64,000 nt of DNA from the human T2T-CHM13v2.0 reference genome, Homo sapiens, in assembly GCF_009914755.1 (NCBI RefSeq), contig NC_060945.1. One strand, given 5' to 3'. Below, piece after piece: positions 55,641-64,000 of the stretch (the stretch's first letter is position 1; every line of letters starts with the position of its first letter). The notes beneath the pieces were generated by a model, which saw only the letters and a list, made by a program, of their open reading frames with translations, did no database searches and was not told the origin of the DNA. The position numbers and the translations under genes are program-made.

Positions 55641-56931
55641 CATTCCCATGTTATTTTGTCTTTTCCTGACAATTAGACTTGACATTCCGTTATCCCATCA
55701 CAATCTCACTTTCTTGTTAGTTACTCTTTTTGTAATTCTGCTTGTAAGAAAGTTTCTAAAATTTAAATATTAAAATTAGGAATTTTTGTAAGGCTATGGG
55801 TGACAAGAGTTGTTGCTATAACAGAAACTGAAGCACACATTTCTATACAACTCATGTCAAAAAAAAAAAATGGAAATTAGAAGATATTTTAAGTTGTACA
55901 ATGATAGAAAATACTACCAATCAAATCTTGTGGACACAATTTTCAGACTTGGCAGTGAAGCATTATCTCGGGGTCCTCTGACATTCCCACAGTGCATGAG
56001 GTTACCAAACCATGAAACCTCATCAAGGTCCTTTGGAGCAGGGTCTTCTCCCAGAATCTAGATGGAGTGATCCTACTTCCAGTCTCCTCTCCAGCAGGAT
56101 GTGGGTAGGGTTACAAGGGTTTGCCTTACAATAATTCACTCACCTATTAAAAAGAAAAATAAAACTTAAGGTACGAAGTACTACTTAGAGTAGTACTTAG
56201 TGGGAAATGTCTACATTTTTAAAAAGGAGGCTACAATTCAATATGCTGAACAGCCAACTTACAAAGTTTAAAAAAAAAGAACATAATAAACCCTAAGAAA
56301 ACAGAAATATTTTGGAAAGACAGTCAACCTAAGTCACATTAAAAAACTGCTGTTGCTGCCAGATTAGATGAGGATGAGCAACTATAAACACCTGGTCAAC
56401 CAAGTAAAAGAAACAGTCTAAAGGACTCAGGTTGCGTCCCAAATGTCTGCAAGCTCTTCTTCACCAGGTTTACACTGTCTATTCCTCATGACTGAAACCA
56501 GCAGTGCATGGTGGGCACTTAGTTTAACACTCAGTTTTCAAAACTAGGTTTGATGAAGCTCCAGAAGGGCCCCCAGCTTCTCCCTTTTCCCCCCAGATGA
56601 CTATACCCTACTTTATGCTCCTTCATACATCACAGATGCTCTTATTTGAGCACTTGATCATCTTTTTAATCATCTTTTATTTTATATATTTGCCTATCTC
56701 TACTAACCTGTAACCCTCATGAGATCAACATACATTGGCTGAATGAAGCTGATTGATTAAATAATATAAAAAAGAATGGGACTGATGAAAATGTTAATAT
56801 GAAAAGGTATCCAAGATAAAGGTACATTATTAAGAGAACAAGTTGCGTGTGTGTGCACACGTGTGTCTGGAACACTACACAAATCATCAGTGGATACGTC
56901 CAAGGGCAGAACAGGGAGTCAGGAAGAGTAA

Positions 56932-57322
<391 letters not shown>

Positions 57323-58875
57323 TAAAAAATCATTTTGTCAGTGAGTATTTTTTCTTAAAAAAAAGGTCAATTTTAAATCTAAGTATAACTTAGGTTTCTC
57401 TGGTGTCCACAGAATCAAGCCATTTTCAAATGCTTCCACAACTAAGATACTGAAAAGCACAATAACAGAATCAGCATATATTCAAAGTAGAAGTCATATC
57501 AGTCTCTTTTTATTGAAATATCACAATGTTATTCACAGCACTCCTACGAAATGAATAACAACATTTCTATATTACAAATTCCTCCATTTTGCATAAATGG
57601 CCACTCCTAGGGAGGCAGAATAATAGAGTGTTCAATGGACATGCTTTGAACTGGAACTGATCTGAGTTGGAATCCAGACTCTGTCCAATTAGTCGGGTGA
57701 AGTTCTTCAACTTGTCTAGTTGGGTTATGAAATTCATCAACTTGTCTAAGCCTCCATTTCCTCATTAGAAAAATGAGAGTGATACTGCCTGGCTGTCAAA
57801 CCCTACCCCAGAACCTCTGCTGGAACATAAGCTTGCCTTATGTGCTTACGCTGACAAACACGTTTCACTTGAAAGACAATCACTTAATGACCTCAAGCCT
57901 GGGATAGTACTGCTTAGGATCAGGCTAAAGTAGGTGGCAGTCACCTCAAGCAACCCATAAGAATTGTAGGCATGGTGCTCTGGCAGGTCCATAGGTAAGT
58001 CAAATCTTTGGTAACTGAATCTTTACTGTCACTGTTGAGATGTACGGAGAAAAGAGAAAATGTGTATGCTATCAGCTCCATTGCAGCCAGCTAAGGGTGA
58101 GGAGGATAGGAGAGAAGGGCCGCTTCTCCCACAACCACAGCGCAAACTAGATGTGACATATGCACTGTCTGCAGTCAATGAGGCCTCCTCAAGGACCAGA
58201 CAGCAAGGATCCTGCTACGTGAGGCTTGGAAAACAGCCATGACAGTGCTGGCTGCCTACTCCACCTACCCTGAATTACAGATCATGGAGTCTAGCACATG
58301 AGTCATGGGCACACATGTCAGAGATTTTTGTCAATTGATTAATTAGTTTAATAACTTTCTCTTTTCTGTCGCCTTTTAAAAAAACATAGCAACCATCTAT
58401 TTGGAAGTTATACTGGTTTTTCTTTTATATTCACCATATAAGGTTTCCTTTAAAATGCATGTAAGTATAAAAAGTGACTGAAGGTTGAGAGAAGCTGCCT
58501 TCAGCCATCAATTGCAGATGCTGTTCCTTATACTAGCACCAGGAGATGTAGTCTAAGGGACAGAGCTGACTCTGTCTTCAACTCTGTGACCCGCAGGAAG
58601 TGGTCCTGGCTGTGTATGACTTCTGCTGGGGCAACTTTACCATTCCACTGCTTGTGTCTTTTCTAATGTACTTTTCATTACTTGTATCATATTTAAAACC
58701 ACAGAAAATATCTCAGCATCCCAGCTGGAGTAACATTTCTGAAGAGAACATGCTAACTTGTTAATGAAATAATGAATACTAAAGTTAAATGCATATATAG
58801 TCTCCTGTCACTGCCCTCCCATTGTTATTTTGAAACATTTCCAAGCTCCAGAAAAGTTACGAGAATACAAAGTAG

Positions 58876-59518
58876 TGGAAAAATTGGAACCGTCATACAG
58901 TGCTGGTAGACTGTAAAGTGGTGCAGACATTTTTGGAAAATAATTTGGCAACTCTTCAAAAAGTTAAAGTAGCTCAGCAAAATCCACTCCTAGGTATATA
59001 TCCAAGAGAAATGAAAACATCCTCTCACATAAAAACTTGTACTAGAATGTTCATAACATTATTAATAGCGAAAAGGTAGAAATAACTCCAATGTCCATCA
59101 AGAGACCAGTGGTTAAACAAAATATGATCTATCCATACAATGGAATATTATTCAGCCACAGAAAGGAATGAGGAACTGACTCATGCTATGACAAGCATGA
59201 ACACTGAACATTACTCGAAGTAAAAGAAGCCTGTCAGTCAAAAGGGCCACATAGTGTACGATTCCATTTATATGAAATGTCAAGAATAGGCAACTCCAGA
59301 GACAAAGTCAATTTGTGACTGCCAGGGGTCAGGAGGGAGGGGGAATGAGGAGTGACAGCTAATGGGTTCAGGGTTTCTTTTTGGGGTGAAAATGTTCTAG
59401 AATTAGATCGTGGTGATGGGTGTGCAACTCTGCAAATACACTAAAAAACTACTGAATTGTATACTTTCAAAGGGTAAATTTCGTATTTTAAATTATCTTT
59501 ATAAAGCTGTTTTTAAAA
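58876..59518 (+). mobile_element. L1M (L1MB-like) 3' end inserted into an older antisense L1MC
   Basis: CCACTCCTAGGTATATATCCAAGAGAAATGAAAAC...ATGGAATATTATTCAGCC...; TSD AGAATACAAAGTAG at 58862-58875 and 59519-59532. Confidence 0.7.
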
Positions 59519-60069
59519 AGAATACAAAGTAGACCCATGTAGCTTTTAACTTCATTCAGCAATTGTTAGTATTTTGCCACATTCACTTTCTTTCTCCTAT
59601 ACACATATGTGCATAAACATATGTGCACAGTCTACGGCTTGACACTTTGATCCTAAATACTTCAGCATGTGGAGTATTCTACATAACCAAAATATAAATA
59701 TTACACTGGAGAAATTCAACACCAATATACAACAATTATAGTCCATAGTCGAATTTATATTTTATCAGAAATTAAGCATTCTATTTGGTTCTCATGTCCC
59801 TTTAGTCTTATAGTCTAGAAAAATTATCTCGCCTTTATTTTTTGACACTGATATTTCCGAAGAATCCACGCTACTTGTTTCACAGAATGCCCTTCAATTT
59901 GGATATTCCTTATTGTTTCCTTATGAACTGATACGGATTAAACATTTTTGGCAGGAATACTACATAGGTGAGTTGTGGCCTTCTCTGTGCATCATGCCAA
60001 GGGGTACCGAATGTCAGTCGTCTCATTAGTTGTGATGGTGAAGTGGTGTTCATTGTTGTGCTTGGCTAG

Positions 60070-60477
<408 letters not shown>

Positions 60478-61270
60478 TAAGAGCAGGCTTCCCTAGTTGT
60501 CTTTTGCCCAAAAGTTTTAGCATCCATCCAAGACCTTTGTCTGAAATTCTGTCCCTTTTGAGATTACTTTGCATTAATATGACCAACCACTGCGATCAAT
60601 TTTATTCCAAAGAGTGTTGGGGCTGTGATTTCAACCCTAGCTGCACATATATCACCGGTATCGCTGGGAGTGGAACCCAAGCAATCATATTTTAAAATTC
60701 TCCAGGATGACTGATTCTGATGTAGAGTAAGGGTTGAGATTCCCCGAGTTAGAGGAACCTTACAACACCCTCATTTGCAAATAAGGACACTGAGGCCCAA
60801 GGAGGTTAAATGACTGGCCAATGTCACAAAACCTGTTAATGGCATAGTCAAGATTTTACTTTTTTATACTTGCATTTTAATAGCCATTCCTTTGTGTCAG
60901 TCGAAGAATAAAACCAGAAAAAGCAGTAACTTTCGTAGTATGTTAGTATGTTGTTAAAAGTGACTACCATCTAATATATGCTGCCGCCAGACATACCCAT
61001 TTCTGCTTCCAAGGTTTGTTTTAGCTTTCGTTCATTAGACCTTTGCGGTCACCTTAGGAGAGAGGGAAAGGGGAGTTTGGTCGTCAACTCCTCCGCCCTC
61101 AGCGCTCACTGAGGGAGCTCAAGCCTGAGAACCCAACACCGCCGGGTGTTCAAGGGGCCAGATGGGAAGAGGCGCAGCCCCGGAGCTGGGCGCCTGCCCT
61201 GCACGTCCCGCAGATGCGGCGGCGGCGCCTGCCCTGGGGCCTCCTCGCAGGGCAGCCAGCCTCGCGCGGG

Positions 61271-61336
61271 AAGCACCTGGCGGGGACGCACCTGGCGGGA
61301 ACGCACCCACCTTGGCGGAGACGCACCTGGCGGGAC
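61271..61336. repeat. ~15-bp GC-rich repeat (ACGCACCTGGCGGG) x3-4
   Basis: Copies at ~61272, 61286, 61301 (degenerate) and 61321. Confidence 0.8.
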
Positions 61337-61443
61337 AGCCCTGCCCCGCCTAGGGACGCGGGACGTGCGCAGAGCGATGGAGACAGCGGAACCTGCAGAC
61401 CCGCCCAACCCCACCTCCATCCCCACCCCCAGCCCCCACTTAC

Positions 61444-61500
61444 CCCGGCGTGATAAACTTTATTCGCTCTTTTAATCTTGATGTCCAGGGCGGTCCCCAT
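61444..61500 (-). CDS. VPS26C: VPS26C (DSCR3) coding exon 1, MGTALDIKIKRANKVYHAG
   Basis: ATG at 61500 in strong Kozak context (GAGATGG); 57 nt then donor GGG|GTAAGT; peptide matches the known VPS26C N-terminus. Confidence 0.97.
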
Positions 61501-62690
61501 CTCCAATTCTCCGCAGCAGCCGCCACTTCCGGCTGCGCGTGACCCCAGGGAAACAAGGGGCGCCTCCCCGCTTCGTTCTGGGCCCCGCCCCTTTCCCTCT
61601 CTGCCGGCAGTGGCTCACGTGACCTCGCAGCGGCGTCGCACACACTCCCTAGCTCCGAGGGGCGAATGCCCCACGCCTTCCTCCTTCCGGCACAAGAGCC
61701 GGCCTTAGTGCGGGCCGAAGCGCTGTCACGGTTCACCCCGCCCCCTCTGGGCGTGAAAGACGGGGCCAAGCTAGCCCCACCCCTTCCGTAGGGACAGTCT
61801 TACGCCGGAAATGCTCCTTTGCTGTCCGGGTTAGCGGAGGGAGGGAGGAACGGCTCTCCCCGCGTGCCCCGCGGCTGGAGGCGGAGCCGAGCCTGTCTGT
61901 CGGTTGCAGCCTGCGCAGGAAGGATGACGCTCCCGTCAGGCTGTGCGGCGCAGACGGTCGCCCAATGGAGTTGTCTTTCAGGAGGTTTTAACTTGGTAAT
62001 GCCTGCCCTCCTCAAATGTCCTTAGTCTCCTCAACTCTAGCCCTCCACCGCTTTCTCCCTGGGGTTCTGAAGAGCCGGCGCCCCCTTGTCTGTCTGCGGC
62101 CAGGCGCCGCACCCTGCCCTTCCCGCGGGAGCGGTTCCGGTCACCCTCAGGGGTGCGGCCCCTGCGTGCTAGTCCTGCAAAGCGCTGATTGGCCGGCGGC
62201 TCGGTTGCCTCGCGTCCCAGCGCCAGCTGGGCCTAGGGCCAAGGTCTCGGGAAGCGCCGGGTGACCTCGCTCCTCTCGGAGCCGCGGGCGCTGGGTCACC
62301 CGCCAGCCGGGCTCCGCGGGCCGCGAGGGATTGTGGGTGTTCCCCAGGCGCGTGTCCTGGAACCGGGTGTTAAATATTCAGATCCGTGCGCCCCGCGCTG
62401 AAGGGTGGAAAGGCACGGCCCCCAGGCTCTGGGGCTTGGAGATTGGTTGCAAATGAAAGACTGAAAGCTGGAGTGAATCTGCCTATTATTTTTATTCCCA
62501 GCAACAGCTGACCCCAGATACAGTTTGTGGGGGTGGGGGGCGTTACTGCAGGGCAGGGCAGTGCACTGTTAACGTACTTCGTTTATTGAGTTAAAATCTC
62601 TTGTAAATGTTATAAATGAGGATTTTGCCAATAAGCAGAAGGTCAAATTTCATTTTGACAAATGATTTAATTAAATAATGCGGTGAAAAG

Positions 62691-62730
62691 TGCTTTTTGT
62701 TTAAATTCTTTGCTTTTTGTTTAAATTCTT
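62691..62730. repeat. 20-bp perfect tandem duplication TGCTTTTTGTTTAAATTCTT x2
   Basis: Direct reading. Confidence 0.9.
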
Positions 62731-63100
62731 TGATTCTGATCATTATTTTTTAAAGTGCATTGCTTTTGGGATAACATCAGAAACTATCTGTAAAAAGAAT
62801 TAGTATCACGAATGCCTCCCTCTTAAGAATATAAAATGTTTTACAGGCCAGCAGTGATGGTGCTGCAGCTACAATTGCATTTGAAGGTTAATAAATGGTA
62901 TTTTCAAATATTCAGGTCTTGGTTTGCAGCTCCTCTCTGCCCTCAGGGCTTTGGTCTCTGTCTTCAATGTTTTCCTGGCAATTCAAAACTCAGCGATTTT
63001 AGAACAATTCATTAGGGACTTGAAAATCACAGTCTAGTCTATTTGAATTCAAGAAGTGGATCCCTTTCCGCTAGACTCACCCATCATTTTCAAGTGGTAA

Positions 63101-63469
<369 letters not shown>

Positions 63470-64000
63470 TCCAATCGCTATCCTTTTAAATCTTTTCCAT
63501 CCCTCACTCACACCTTAGATGATACCTTAACTTTCTGGTCCATTTGAGTTACCAAAAATCAGACCGTGTTAAAGTGTCGATCTCATGTCTCAAGTGGGAC
63601 CCTAAATCCCTTAGTGTGAGTGGGAAGGTGCAAAGCGTGGTTCTGGCATGCAGACACTTCTCAACGTACCTCTGCAAGGCCTGGCTTCTGTGTTGAGATA
63701 AGGAAGAGGAGAGAAAATGAGACAAATATCTCTTAACTAGCCACTGCTGAATTTTCTTAGTTGATTCCTGCCTCTCTGGTAACTGTCTCGTTTAAAATTC
63801 CTTTCGTGGGGTACAGATGGGGAGGTCGGGTGGGGCCTTCTCCCTGCCGCACAGTTCCATGGGAGATCTTTTCCATCACCCGCCCCCGCCGCCGTCAGCA
63901 CCGGGCAGTACACTCAGCCTCTCAGGCAAGATCACTCAGGACCATTTATCTTCCGCATAGGAAGAATTTGACCCAGGAGAAATACACATCTTTGCCACAC

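Larger units (their letters stand above)
61090..62410. promoter_or_regulatory. VPS26C CpG-island promoter, probably bidirectional
   Basis: Very CpG-dense and spans exon 1; ETS sites (CACTTCCGG ~61524, CTTCCGG ~61684), GC boxes (61581-61591, 61736-61744), E-box TCACGTGAC 61615-61623, CCAAT ~61962 and ATTGG ~62188. Confidence 0.9.

Noticed and set aside
56176-56198. 10-bp perfect inverted repeat AAGTACTACT-tag-AGTAGTACTT
   Set aside because: Short and AT-rich; no context suggesting function
61150-61506. 118-aa ORF starting MEMGTALD as the VPS26C N-terminus
   Set aside because: Track starts at a TTG; the true start is the Kozak ATG at 61500, and the frame beyond 61444 is intron

Overview
Human (primate) genomic DNA from the Down syndrome critical region of chr21q22.13. 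The only protein-coding gene is VPS26C (DSCR3, the arrestin-fold subunit of the Retriever complex), complete on the minus strand. I traced 8 coding exons by hand: 61500-61444, 34848-34705, 32819-32670, 27661-27581, 26670-26596, 22593-22443, 22027-21875 and 19851-19769. All introns are GT-AG and the total is 894 nt = 297 aa + stop. The gene has a CpG-island promoter at ~61.1-62.4 kb and a ~2.1-kb 3' UTR ending near 17.65 kb. Converging on it from the left is the plus-strand lncRNA locus DSCR9, recognised by its 149-aa ORF at 15318-15767. The rest is repeat-rich: ~40 Alu copies or fragments, a full-length 7SL retrocopy, a 5'-truncated L1PA2/3, older L1M pieces, solo LTRs (MSTA-like, MER51A-like) and DNA-transposon fossils. 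I see no evidence for a wholly new biological system. The best leads are: a candidate in-frame cassette exon in VPS26C intron 2; two orphan promoter-like CpG islands (~15 kb with perfect CLEAR and GAS motifs, ~52.5 kb with NRF1 and E2F motifs); a CLEAR-like site in the VPS26C promoter; a tailless TSD-flanked internal L1 fragment; a probable short L1 3' transduction; a 30-bp near-perfect hairpin; and a candidate intronic poly(A) site. Repeat subfamily names and DSCR9 extents come from memory of consensus sequences and annotation and need RepeatMasker/GENCODE confirmation.
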